DNA of 64,000 nt. Origin: Chloroflexota bacterium. GTDB taxonomy: Bacteria > Chloroflexota > Dehalococcoidia > DSTF01 > RBG-16-68-14. This document shows, piece after piece, positions 41,635 through 50,911 of this stretch; positions within the stretch are counted from its first letter, which is position 1; each line of letters starts with the position of its first letter. Position numbers and translations under genes: made by a program. Below the pieces are notes generated by a model, which was not told where the DNA came from, did not search any database, and was given only the letters and a program-made list of their open reading frames with translations. The stretch is taken from positions 53-64,052 of the forward strand of contig JADFKB010000006.1 of assembly GCA_022565155.1 (NCBI GenBank), in the 5' to 3' direction.

Positions 41635-42135
41635 ATGAAAGCAAAACGAATGTCCTTCGGTGCCGCTGGGGCGCTGTTTGCTCTGCTGTCGCTCCTCCTG
41701 TTCGTCGCTGCCTGTAACGGCGACGACGGCGATGCGGATCCGACGGCCACGGAGCCAGCGGTCGCGGACCCGATCGCCACAGAGCCGGCGGCTTCGGAGA
41801 CGACGATCGATGTGTCGTTGTCGGAGTTCGTTATCGACCCGTCGATCGACACGGCCCAGGCTGGCACCATCACGTTCAACGTGAGCAGTGACGGCGCCAT
41901 TTTCCACAACTTCAAGGTCGTCGCGACGGACCTCGCTCCAGACGCCTTGCCCGTTGACGAAGCTCTCTTCGCGGCGGACGAGGAGCAAGTGGACGTCGTA
42001 GCGAGCACGGCAGACCTCGATCCCGGCGAGCAGGAAACGCTCACCGTCGAACTGGCTGCCGGCAGCTACGTGCTCATCTGCAACATTCCAACGCACTACC
42101 AAGCGGGCATGACGGTCGCATTCACCGTCGAGTAG
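41635..42135 (+). CDS. Blue copper lipoprotein (auracyanin/sulfocyanin-like cupredoxin)
   Basis: Lipobox VAAC, acidic Pro/Ala linker, FHNF...YVLICNIPTHYQAGM (H/C/H/M). Confidence 0.88.
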   Translation: MKAKRMSFGAAGALFALLSLLLFVAACNGDDGDADPTATEPAVADPIATEPAASETTIDVSLSEFVIDPSIDTAQAGTITFNVSSDGAIFHNFKVVATDLAPDALPVDEALFAADEEQVDVVASTADLDPGEQETLTVELAAGSYVLICNIPTHYQAGMTVAFTVE

Positions 42136-42154
42136 GGGCAGAGGTAGGTAGAAC

Positions 42155-42184
42155 GGAGCGGCCGGGTCCATCCCCGGCCGCTCC
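42155..42184. terminator. GC-rich hairpin downstream of the cupredoxin gene
   Basis: GGAGCGGCCGGG / CCCGGCCGCTCC perfect 12-bp stem; no clear U-tract. Confidence 0.55.
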
Positions 42185-42205
42185 TGCGCGTGTTCGAGGA
42201 GAGGG

Positions 42206-42352
42206 CTACCAGCCGACGAGGTACAGGATGGGGTAGAAGAACACCCAGACGACGTCGACGAAGTGCCAGTACTTGATCGTCGCTTCGACTCCCCAATGTT
42301 TCTCGGCTGAGAAGTGTCCACGCAGCCCGAGCCAGTAGACCATAGCGAGCAT
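42206..42352 (-). pseudogene. C-terminal remnant of heme-copper oxidase subunit III
   Basis: Manual translation MLAMVYWLGLRGHFSAEKHWGVEATIKYWHFVDVVWVFFYPILYLVGW*; YWHFVDVVW is the COX3 signature. Confidence 0.82.
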
Positions 42353-42438
42353 CCTCTGGTGGGAGCGCCAGAACGGGGATACGGCTGACGGCGAGCAGGT
42401 AAACCGATTCAGTCTGACCGCCTAGAGGGAGACAGAAC

Positions 42439-43962
42439 GTGCATTACGATGTAATCGTTGTCGGCGCGGGGGCGGCTGGCGCTGTCGCCGCAACGCGAAT
42501 CTCGGAAGACCCAATGCGCTCGGTGCTGCTACTGGAGGCTGGCCCGCACTATCCAACGGCTTCGCAGATGCCCGCTGACCTCTTGAACGGCAACGATAAC
42601 TCCTACTTCGCTCATGACTGGGGCTACGAGGCGACGGCAAACGTAGCGGGCCGCGTGGTGCCACTGCCCGCCGGCCAGGTGGTGGGCGGCTCGTCAGCGG
42701 TGAACACGGCGATCGCGCTCCGCGGCGTGCCCGAGGACTACGACGAATGGGCCGCGTTGGGCAACGACGAGTGGTCGTGGGAGAAGGTTTTACCGTATTT
42801 CCGCCGCCTGGAGAACGACCTCGATTTCGACGATGAATTCCACGGGCGCGACGGTCCGATCCCGATCCGGCGGCATCGTGAGGAGGAGCTTGCGCCGGTG
42901 CAGGCGGCCTTTCTCCGCGCGATGCGTGCGCTCGGTTACGAGGAGGCGGCGGACAACAACCATCCCCAATCGACTGGCCTTGGGCTGCACCCGATGAACA
43001 AGATCGAGGGCCGGAGGATGAGCGTGGCCATCTGTTACGTGGAGCCGGCGCGAAAGCGGCCGAACTTCACCATTAAGGGAGACTGCCGGGTCCGGAGGAT
43101 CATCTTCGACGGCGAACGGGCGACAGGACTGGAGGTGGAGGCAGGCGCTGGCACAGAGACGATCACGGGCGACCGCATCGTGATCTCCAGCGGCGCTATT
43201 GGCACGCCCGCGATCCTGATGCGCTCCGGCGTCGGGCCGGCGGACCACCTGCGCGAACTCCACATCGACGTGGTGCGGGACCTACCGGGTGTCGGTGAGA
43301 ACCTGGACGACCATCCGATGCTCGGCGTGACGTTCATCGCTAAGCAGGGGATGCTGGAGAGGTCCGATCCCGTGGTCCAAGTCACATATCGATACACATC
43401 TAGCGGTGGCGAGGAGCGGAATGACATGCAGCTCATGCCGGTGTCGCAGATCCCGACGCGCTCGGGTTCACTCCTGTTCGCTATCGGCGCCGTCATCTAC
43501 CGCCAGAAGACCAGAGGCCGTCTTACGCTGAAGTCGGCGGACCCCCGGGTCGCACCGCACATCGACGAGCGCTTCCTGGAGGCCGACGAGGACGTCCGGC
43601 GCCTGGTGGAAGGCGTGCGCATGGCGTTGGACGTTGGCTCTCATCCAGAGTTCGACGAGCTGGCAGACGGAGTGAGGTCTCCGGACACCGCGGTCGTGCT
43701 GGACGACGAGGCGCTAGCGGAGTGGTGCAAGAGGGTCGCCTCGAGCGGGTTCCATCCGAGCTGCACCGCGAAGATGGCGCCCGCTGGCGACCCCATGGGC
43801 GTCGTCGACCAGCATCTGCGCGTGCGCGGGTTCGACAACCTGTTCGTGGCTGATGCCTCGGTGATGCCAAGATGCCCGCGCGCAAACATCCACCTCACGT
43901 CGGTCATGATCGGCGAGCGCGCCGGGGAGTGGCTGCGCGAGGGCCCCAGCACCACCCAATGA
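42439..43962 (+). CDS. GMC-family FAD oxidoreductase
   Basis: [51 protein letters not shown]. Confidence 0.9.
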   Translation: MHYDVIVVGAGAAGAVAATRISEDPMRSVLLLEAGPHYPTASQMPADLLNGNDNSYFAHDWGYEATANVAGRVVPLPAGQVVGGSSAVNTAIALRGVPEDYDEWAALGNDEWSWEKVLPYFRRLENDLDFDDEFHGRDGPIPIRRHREEELAPVQAAFLRAMRALGYEEAADNNHPQSTGLGLHPMNKIEGRRMSVAICYVEPARKRPNFTIKGDCRVRRIIFDGERATGLEVEAGAGTETITGDRIVISSGAIGTPAILMRSGVGPADHLRELHIDVVRDLPGVGENLDDHPMLGVTFIAKQGMLERSDPVVQVTYRYTSSGGEERNDMQLMPVSQIPTRSGSLLFAIGAVIYRQKTRGRLTLKSADPRVAPHIDERFLEADEDVRRLVEGVRMALDVGSHPEFDELADGVRSPDTAVVLDDEALAEWCKRVASSGFHPSCTAKMAPAGDPMGVVDQHLRVRGFDNLFVADASVMPRCPRANIHLTSVMIGERAGEWLREGPSTTQ

Positions 43963-43987
43963 ACCTGCACGGGCAAACCAGTCTAGC

Positions 43988-44220
43988 GTGATAGACAAGA
44001 AGGTCTGGGAGGTGCTCCAGGCTTGGGAGAAGCCGTTCCTGACGACGTTCAGCGACTCTGACCCAATCACCAGGGGCGGCGAGAGCGTCCTCCAAGCTCG
44101 CGTGCTGGGAGCAAACGACAGCCGTACGCGACTATCGAGAATGCGGGCCACTTCCTACAGGAGGACAAGGGAGCAGAGCTTGTCCGTATTGTTGTAGACT
44201 TCATCGCGCAGACCGGCTAA
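43988..44220 (+). pseudogene. Frameshifted C-terminal remnant of a haloalkane dehalogenase
   Basis: [26 protein letters not shown]..., then in another frame [29 protein letters not shown]. Confidence 0.75.
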
Positions 44221-44244
44221 TGGCAACGCTAAAGGAGGTTCGAT

Positions 44245-45498
44245 ATGAAGATGAATGTAAAGCCGATCCCCACCGTCTCTGACCGGATCAATGAAATCCG
44301 CAGCCTCACAGCGACGATCGTCAACAAGGAGATACTGCCCAACGAGAACACGCTCTGGGCGTGGCGTGGCGACGGACGCTACACGCAAGCGGACGTCAAG
44401 GAGGCCAAGGAGCTTCGGAAGCGCATCCAGGCCAAGGTGAAAGAGGCCGGACTTTGGGCGCCGCACCTCCCCGAGGAGTACGGCGGCTCCGGCCTCGACT
44501 TCCTGGAGCACGCCTACATGAACGAGGTGCTGGCCTACGCGCAGGGAGCTGCGTCGCTCTTCGGCGTCGTCGCGCCGAACTCCGGCAACCAGACGATCCT
44601 GCTCAAGTACGGCACAGAAGAGCAGAAGAAGAAGTGGCTGATTCCGCTGATCGAGGGGAAGATGCAGTCCGGCTTCTCGATGACCGAGCCTGACTCGGCC
44701 GGCTCCGACCCGCGCTCGATCAAGACAACCGCCCGCCGCGACGGCGATGAGTGGGTAATCGACGGCCACAAATGGTTCACGTCCAACGGGAAGGCGGCCG
44801 ACTTTTTCATCGTCATGTGCCGAACGGAGGACCCGGACGGTCCGGCAGAGCGCAACGGCAAGATGACGCAAATTATCGTGCCGAAGGACACGCCGGGCGT
44901 GAACGTCATCCGAGGCATCCCCATTTGGAGTGCCCATGACAGCGATCATTGCGAGATCATCTACGACAACGTGCGCGTACCAGTCACAAACCAGCTCGGA
45001 CAGACCGGTTCCGGCCATGCGGCCGCGCAAGACCGGCTGGGCGCGGGGCGCATCTTTCACTGCATGAACTCCGTCGGCCAGATGTGGCGAGCTTTCGATT
45101 TAATGATCGAGCGAACGATGACGCGCGAGGTGCACGGCGGCCTGCTGGAGACCAAGCAGTTCATCCAAGGCTTCATCGCCGACTCCTACATCGACATCCA
45201 GGCTGCGCGCCTGATGACGATCCACACGGCCGAAAAGATCGAGAGCGGCGACGATCCGCGGACGGATATCTCCGCGATCAAGGTCTTCGTACCTGCCGCC
45301 TACGAGCGCGTCGTCGACCGCGCGATCCAGGTTTGGGGCGCTGCCGGTATCACCGGCGACCTGCCGCTCGCGGCCATGTACCAGGGCGCGCGCACACTGC
45401 GCCTGGCCGATGGGCCGGACGAGGTACATCGCATCCTGATCGCCAAGAACGTGCTGAAGCGGTACCACGACGGCATGGGCTGGGACTTCGGCAACTAG
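44245..45498 (+). CDS. Acyl-CoA dehydrogenase
   Basis: APNSGN, FSMTEPDSAGSD, GHKWFTSNG, RLGAGRIFHCM, LADGPDEVH. Confidence 0.9.
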   Translation: MKMNVKPIPTVSDRINEIRSLTATIVNKEILPNENTLWAWRGDGRYTQADVKEAKELRKRIQAKVKEAGLWAPHLPEEYGGSGLDFLEHAYMNEVLAYAQGAASLFGVVAPNSGNQTILLKYGTEEQKKKWLIPLIEGKMQSGFSMTEPDSAGSDPRSIKTTARRDGDEWVIDGHKWFTSNGKAADFFIVMCRTEDPDGPAERNGKMTQIIVPKDTPGVNVIRGIPIWSAHDSDHCEIIYDNVRVPVTNQLGQTGSGHAAAQDRLGAGRIFHCMNSVGQMWRAFDLMIERTMTREVHGGLLETKQFIQGFIADSYIDIQAARLMTIHTAEKIESGDDPRTDISAIKVFVPAAYERVVDRAIQVWGAAGITGDLPLAAMYQGARTLRLADGPDEVHRILIAKNVLKRYHDGMGWDFGN

Positions 45499-45513
45499 AA
45501 GGGAGCATCCGCT

Positions 45514-46311
45514 GTGGCAGTTCTTGAGATCACCAACAGCGGCCACGTCCGCAAGCTGCGGCTGAACAGGCCGGAGAAGAAGAATGCGCTCTCCGACGAA
45601 CTCGCCTGGGGCATTATTAGCGCGGTCGAAGAAGCCGCCAAGGACGATACCGTCTGGATCATCGCGATCACGGGCACGGACGACGCGTTCTGCTCGGGCC
45701 TCGACCTGACGCCATCGGCGAACGGCACGCACCCCTACCTATCAACGCAGGATGCGCTGCTCGACGACCTCGGCTGGGTGAGCCGCTTCCCCCTTGTGCT
45801 GCGTGAGCAGTGCGACAAGCCAATCGTCGCGGGCATTAACGGTGTGGACGTGGGCGCCGGCTTTTCGCTCGCCATGGCGTCCGACATTCGTCTCGCCGCC
45901 GAAAGTGTCCGCCTGATCGCAGGCTATCCTCGCATCGGCGGTTCGCCGGACGGTGGCCTCTCATGGACACTCTCGCAGGCCATCGGCTACGAACAGGCGA
46001 TGCGATTCCTGCTGGAGAACCGTACCGTCGGCGCGGAAGAAGCGCTGACGCTTGGCCTTGTGGGCGAGGTAGTGCCCAACGATACGTTCTTCGAGCGCTT
46101 CGACGAGTACTGCCAATCGCTCACGAATCTCTCGCCGATCACCGCGCGCCTGACGAAGCGCGTTGTGCGTCGCGCGACGGCCCTGGTCGATCCCGAAGGT
46201 CACTTCCGCTACGAGTTGCAGAACATCCGCCGCGCCTTCACTAGCCAGGACGGCCAGGAGGCGCAGAAGGCGTTCCGGGAGAAGCGCGCACCGGAGTTCA
46301 AGGGCCGCTAG
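45514..46311 (+). CDS. Enoyl-CoA hydratase/isomerase family
   Basis: LNRPEKKNAL, FCSGLDL, KPIVAGING, PDGG, FREKRAPEFKGR. Confidence 0.9.
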   Translation: MAVLEITNSGHVRKLRLNRPEKKNALSDELAWGIISAVEEAAKDDTVWIIAITGTDDAFCSGLDLTPSANGTHPYLSTQDALLDDLGWVSRFPLVLREQCDKPIVAGINGVDVGAGFSLAMASDIRLAAESVRLIAGYPRIGGSPDGGLSWTLSQAIGYEQAMRFLLENRTVGAEEALTLGLVGEVVPNDTFFERFDEYCQSLTNLSPITARLTKRVVRRATALVDPEGHFRYELQNIRRAFTSQDGQEAQKAFREKRAPEFKGR

Positions 46312-48158
46312 CGCACGACAAGCGTTCCCTTCATCTGCGCCGGGTGGACATCGCAAACAAACGGGTACGTTCCTGGCGTATTGATGGTTAGGACTAGCGT
46401 CTGAGTAACCGGTCCGGGCGTAATCTCTGTTCGAAAGTCGCCCTCTGGGCCAGCCTGCACATGCAGGTTGTGTGGGATGTCTGCATCTCTGTTATCAAAG
46501 GTCAGCGTGATCTCCTCGCCGACGGAGGCGGTCACTAGCTCGTGGTCGAAAGAGATGTTCTCGCCGGTGATCGTAGTCGCAGTTGATGCCGAAGGATCAT
46601 CCTGAGTAAGGTCATCGGACGTGGATAGCGGGAAGGGAACCGATCCTAGGTGTGGTCCCAGCCAGTTCAGTTCGTTCGCCAGGTGCATCGCACCAGCAGG
46701 TACGAATCGGTCATCTGTCACCTGCCACTGTGCTCCGTCCCACGTGATCTCCTGGGCGGGGATTGTTAGCTTGCCGACTAAAGGCGGAGGCGGCGTGTCC
46801 GCCGGGTGGTAGTAGACAACGCTCGGTAAGTCCATCTCGAACGCACTGGCCATCGCTCCGCTCTTTCCGGGAGGTGCAGAGAGCTGCATACCGCCGAGGC
46901 TGATCGTGCTTTCATAGAACCCGAGCAGCATTCGAGCAGCTTCTGGCTTTGAGGTATCGTTCCCTTCCTGGACCAAGAAGTTCAATGCCCCGATGATCCA
47001 GCCGACGTCGTCACTCGTGTATGTGTCCTTTGTCTTGAAGATGCCGCGGGTCTCGTCATAGTCTTCTGTGAGTCGACCGAAGAGCGCGTCCGCTTCGTCG
47101 AGGAAGTCGCCATCGAGGCCGGCGGCGCCTGCCGAGATCGCGCCTGTAATGGCTGCGGCGACCTCGACCACGCCGGCGGAGGTATTGCCACCAAGCAGCC
47201 TGTTCCCGATCGAACCTGCGGTAGCCAGGGCGTCGTCGCGAACCCCGGCATCGACCGTCGTGGATGCGAGGTAGACGAGAGCGCGGATGGCGGCAGCTGC
47301 CTCCGTAGCTAACGAAGGTTCGCGAGCCTCAAGCGCCCGGAAGAGCTGGGTCGCTGCACCTTCGAACAGGGGATGTGCGTCTGGATTGGCGTAGCGGCCG
47401 CCGTCCTCGCCCGTAAGGCCGGCGATGTCCGCCAACGTATGGAGCATGACCCAGTTGCCCACGTAGTCGATCTCGCCGTCCGAATCGTAATAGAGGCCGT
47501 CCTCGCCCAGCAGGTTCTGCATGGCATACATGCCCTGCATCTGGGCGAGGAGCGACACCATGACACCGATAAAGCGCTGTTGCGCCCCGAACTCACTCAG
47601 TGGGTCGCCGAAGTGGGCGTCGGCGAAGTTGTGGGCCCACTGGCTCTCTTTGAGCATCGTCTCCGCCTGCCCACGCACGGTCACCCGCTCGTCGAAGGTG
47701 CTCGGGTCCAAGCGAAACGCCTCGAAGTCCGGAGGCTCGAAGTCGCGCGGATCATTCACGAGGTCTGAGCTTGCTGATGCAAAGACCGCCTGTAGCGGTA
47801 GCATATTCTGAGGGATGACTACCGGGTCGTCAGGGTTCTGTGCGATCATGCCTATCGCCGCCATCAGCATGTCCATCGGCGGCTCAAAAGGGATGCCCAT
47901 CCCTGACCCCATTACGAAGGGGCCGAAGTGATCGCGGGATAGCCAGTAGCCTTGCCAGACCAAGGCCGAGAGATTGAATTCAGGGTCTCCGCCAATGATC
48001 CCGCTTGACGATACGAAGTCGATGCCATCTGCATCGACTTGAATTGAAACGGTCGGACTAGGCTTCGGGATTTCATCCTCGCCGCCATTGTCGCTACAGG
48101 CTGCGGCGAGAGCGAGCGCAGGCACAACTACTAGCGCGATCAACCAACGTCTGTCCAT
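46308..48158 (-). CDS. Large lipoprotein: uncharacterised N-terminal domain + C-terminal cupredoxin
   Basis: Lipobox-like AAAC; C-terminal IPHNLH...YPFVCDVHPAQMKG type-1 Cu motif; start trimmed to MDRRW after GGAGG. Confidence 0.8.
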   Translation of the reverse strand: MDRRWLIALVVVPALALAAACSDNGGEDEIPKPSPTVSIQVDADGIDFVSSSGIIGGDPEFNLSALVWQGYWLSRDHFGPFVMGSGMGIPFEPPMDMLMAAIGMIAQNPDDPVVIPQNMLPLQAVFASASSDLVNDPRDFEPPDFEAFRLDPSTFDERVTVRGQAETMLKESQWAHNFADAHFGDPLSEFGAQQRFIGVMVSLLAQMQGMYAMQNLLGEDGLYYDSDGEIDYVGNWVMLHTLADIAGLTGEDGGRYANPDAHPLFEGAATQLFRALEAREPSLATEAAAAIRALVYLASTTVDAGVRDDALATAGSIGNRLLGGNTSAGVVEVAAAITGAISAGAAGLDGDFLDEADALFGRLTEDYDETRGIFKTKDTYTSDDVGWIIGALNFLVQEGNDTSKPEAARMLLGFYESTISLGGMQLSAPPGKSGAMASAFEMDLPSVVYYHPADTPPPPLVGKLTIPAQEITWDGAQWQVTDDRFVPAGAMHLANELNWLGPHLGSVPFPLSTSDDLTQDDPSASTATTITGENISFDHELVTASVGEEITLTFDNRDADIPHNLHVQAGPEGDFRTEITPGPVTQTLVLTINTPGTYPFVCDVHPAQMKGTLVVR

Positions 48159-48276
48159 GGTAAACCTCCCCTTGTCGTCACGTAGTATACCCTCATGCAT
48201 TCGCCGACAGCATCCTATGGGGACTGCAAGCGTTGCGTGATCCGCGTCACGCGAACACCGGCCGGTGCCGGACATC

Positions 48277-48313
48277 AGGACTTGTGGCCTGAGATCAGCG
48301 GGCCGTTCGGCCC
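48277..48313. promoter_or_regulatory. Tandem DosR-box-like sites upstream of the large cupredoxin lipoprotein
   Basis: AGGACTTGTGGCCT (48277) and perfect GGGCCGTTCGGCCC (48300), 23 bp apart. Confidence 0.65.
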
Positions 48314-48388
48314 CCGTACGCCTGGTTCACCGGTGGACAACGCATGGAGGCAAGTTAGAGGCAGGACGCCATCATGTCGTGACGCCTT

Positions 48389-48457
48389 GCCAATCCCTTC
48401 ACGTTCTTGATGATCGGTGAGCGCGCCGATGAGTGGCTGCGCGAGGGCGCCCTCTAG
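48389..48457 (+). repeat. Degenerate copy of the GMC oxidoreductase 3' end
   Basis: ATGATCGGTGAGCGCGCCGATGAGTGGCTGCGCGAGGGC versus ATGATCGGCGAGCGCGCCGGGGAGTGGCTGCGCGAGGGC at about 43906-43944. Confidence 0.75.
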
Positions 48458-48518
48458 AGCAGGCTGCGAGGCCTTTCCCCATGCGACCCCGGAAGCCTGT
48501 TTCCTGTATCCGTTGTCA

Positions 48519-48555
48519 GGGCCACTTGGCCCCATGAGCCAAGACCGAACGGCAG
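48519..48555. promoter_or_regulatory. Tandem DosR-box-like sites upstream of the LLM/diiron operon
   Basis: Perfect GGGCCACTTGGCCC (48519) and weaker AGACCGAACGGCAG (48542), 23 bp apart. Confidence 0.6.
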
Positions 48556-48650
48556 ATGTTATCTTAGCGAGCGCTAAGTAGTATTTAGTTAGAGCCAGTT
48601 GCCCGGGTGGGCCAGATCCCCGCGCGGAACGGTTCCGGAGGACGGTCGCA

Positions 48651-49736
48651 ATGAAATTCGGTCAGCTTCATCTCTTTGAAAACCCGATGGGGCGTAGTGA
48701 GAAACAGATCGTCGACGAGCAGTTCGACATCATGGCGCGAGCCGAGGAGTTCGGCTTCGATTCTATCTGGCCAGCCGAGCACCACTTCAGCGAGTATGGC
48801 TACTGCGCCTCTCCAGCAGTGACCCTTGCGGCGCTGGCTTCCCGTACGCAGAACATCCGCCTCGGGACTGGCATCGTGGTTTTGCCGCTCAACCATCCGG
48901 TACGGGTAGCGGAGGACTTTGCTATTCTCGATCTCCTCTCCGGAGGTCGAGTCGATCTTGGCGTTGGGCGCGGCTACCAGCCGCACGAGTTCGCTGGCTA
49001 TGGCGTCGACCAGACGCGCAGCCGTGACATCTTCCACGAGTCTGTCGAGATCATCCAGAAGGCCTGGACCAACGAGAAGTTCGACTATGATGGGGAGTTC
49101 TACAAGTTCCAGAATCTGTCGGTCCGGCCGAAACCCCTCCAGCAGCCCCATCCACCCATCTGGATGGCGTCGCTTTCGCCTACCACGTTCCAGCTTTGCG
49201 GCCAGTACGGATTCAACCTGATGTGCGCCCCGGTGTTTGGCTTCGATGTCAACCAAGGCGCCGCTCAGATCGAGGAGTATCGCCAGGCCTTGCGCGAGCA
49301 CGACCGCGACCCTGACGATTACGAGGTCGCTGGCCTGATCATGACCTACGTTGCAGAGACGAAAGAACAGGCGCTGGCGGACTTCCAGGATGCCGTGATG
49401 TGGTACTTCCACACGTTCGCCAAGTACATCGCTCCGCCGAAGGGCCAGCCTGCGATAAAAAGCTACGAGATGTACACGGCGGCCCGCGATTGGCTTCAGA
49501 CGCTGGAGTGGGACGCGGTCGTGGAGAGCGGCGCCGTCGTCTGCGGTACGCCGGACGAGGTTGCCGACCGCATAGCCGAGATTCATGAGCTCTGCGGCAT
49601 CACCCACTATCTGGCGTGGACGCGCATCGGCGGGCTGGCCCATAAGAAGGTTCTGCGCAGTATGGAGCTCATGCGCGACAAGGTTATGCCCCAGGTCAGG
49701 CACCTGGGCGAGGGGGCGGCTGCGGTAGCAAGGTAA
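48651..49736 (+). CDS. LLM-class flavin-dependent oxidoreductase
   Basis: SIWPAEHHF, IRLGTG, HPVRVAEDFAILDLLSGGRVDLGVGRGY, PKPLQQPHPPIW. Confidence 0.9.
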   Translation: MKFGQLHLFENPMGRSEKQIVDEQFDIMARAEEFGFDSIWPAEHHFSEYGYCASPAVTLAALASRTQNIRLGTGIVVLPLNHPVRVAEDFAILDLLSGGRVDLGVGRGYQPHEFAGYGVDQTRSRDIFHESVEIIQKAWTNEKFDYDGEFYKFQNLSVRPKPLQQPHPPIWMASLSPTTFQLCGQYGFNLMCAPVFGFDVNQGAAQIEEYRQALREHDRDPDDYEVAGLIMTYVAETKEQALADFQDAVMWYFHTFAKYIAPPKGQPAIKSYEMYTAARDWLQTLEWDAVVESGAVVCGTPDEVADRIAEIHELCGITHYLAWTRIGGLAHKKVLRSMELMRDKVMPQVRHLGEGAAAVAR

Positions 49737-49788
49737 GGGTCTGCCTGCCAACGGCAGGCCCGGGCAGATTCAGGAAAGGAGGCAACCT

Positions 49789-50865
49789 ATGGCAATAGAT
49801 CAGAAGGTGATCGACAAGCTGCGAAAAGAGCCGGGCATGCCGGATATCGATCTGAGCTGGCTAAGAGAGGAAGACGCGCCGGGCATCGTCGCCAAGATGG
49901 GAAAGCGAGGCCTGACGCTCGACGAAATCAACGTGGGCGTGTACGGCGAGGTTCCCGAGCTGGCAGGGCACGGTACGACCCGAGGACGGGGGTCGGCTCC
50001 CAGGGCCAGCGTGGCTCGCACCGCTTACTTCGTCCCGGAGAAGAGCGACATCTGGGCCGACAACGCCACGCTGATTTACGAAGAGGCGGTGCAGCGCCAG
50101 TGGAGTTCCGCCACTGACATTCCGTGGGAGACGATCGAACCGCTCCCGGATGTGGTGGAAGAGGCGATCTGCCAAATCTGCACCTTCCTCACGGAGGTCG
50201 AGTTCATCGCCGGCGACGCGCCGGGGCAGTGGCTCAAGCAGATCAGTCCGGACCACTACGAGGTGGCCCTCTATCTGATCTCACAAGTAATGGACGAGGC
50301 GCGACACCTGGACGTCTTCCGCAAGCGGGCGCTCGTCAACGGATGCGGCCTCCTGGAGGCGCAAGGCGCGACCCGCGGCCTGCGCAACATCCTGGACGCG
50401 AAAGACTTCACGGAGATGTCCGCGCTCATGCACGTTCTCGCGGAAGGCTTCGTGCAGACGATGTTCCGCACGGGCGAGTTCATCGCCCAGAACGAGGCGG
50501 AGAAGACGATCTTCCGGCTCTGCGCTCAGGACGAATCCCGCCACGTCGGGTTCGGTGTGATGCACCTGCGCTACGTCCTCGAGCACGCGCCGGAGCGACG
50601 TGAGGAGATCCACCACTACCTGGACCGGGCCGAGCAGCTCTTCGGCCACCCGACGGACGGTATCAACTCCGGACTTCAGGAAGCGCTCCTCATCACCATG
50701 AGCGGCGGCATGAAAAACCTGGACAAGGGCGCGGAACTCGCACTTGCCCTGAACAAGAAACAGGCGAACGAGTACATGCACCGGCTGGAAGTGGCCGGGC
50801 TGGGCGACCGGAGGGAGCGCATGAATCCCGCGTTTGGCATGCTTCTCGACCCGCCTAAGAATTAG
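49789..50865 (+). CDS. Ferritin-like diiron-carboxylate protein (intact ligand set)
   Basis: TEVE...DEARH...LAEG...DESRH, i.e. the E/ExxH/E/ExxH pattern. Confidence 0.78.
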   Translation: MAIDQKVIDKLRKEPGMPDIDLSWLREEDAPGIVAKMGKRGLTLDEINVGVYGEVPELAGHGTTRGRGSAPRASVARTAYFVPEKSDIWADNATLIYEEAVQRQWSSATDIPWETIEPLPDVVEEAICQICTFLTEVEFIAGDAPGQWLKQISPDHYEVALYLISQVMDEARHLDVFRKRALVNGCGLLEAQGATRGLRNILDAKDFTEMSALMHVLAEGFVQTMFRTGEFIAQNEAEKTIFRLCAQDESRHVGFGVMHLRYVLEHAPERREEIHHYLDRAEQLFGHPTDGINSGLQEALLITMSGGMKNLDKGAELALALNKKQANEYMHRLEVAGLGDRRERMNPAFGMLLDPPKN

Positions 50866-50911
50866 GCCGATTGGCGCCAAGAGAACAGTTCCGATCTGAA
50901 GGAGGGAAGGA

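Noticed and set aside
38796-43962. Mycofactocin/PQQ or RiPP cluster (radical SAM-SPASM pair + GMC oxidoreductase)
   Set aside because: No precursor peptide or RRE protein seen; the first enzyme has a clear AhbC N-terminus.
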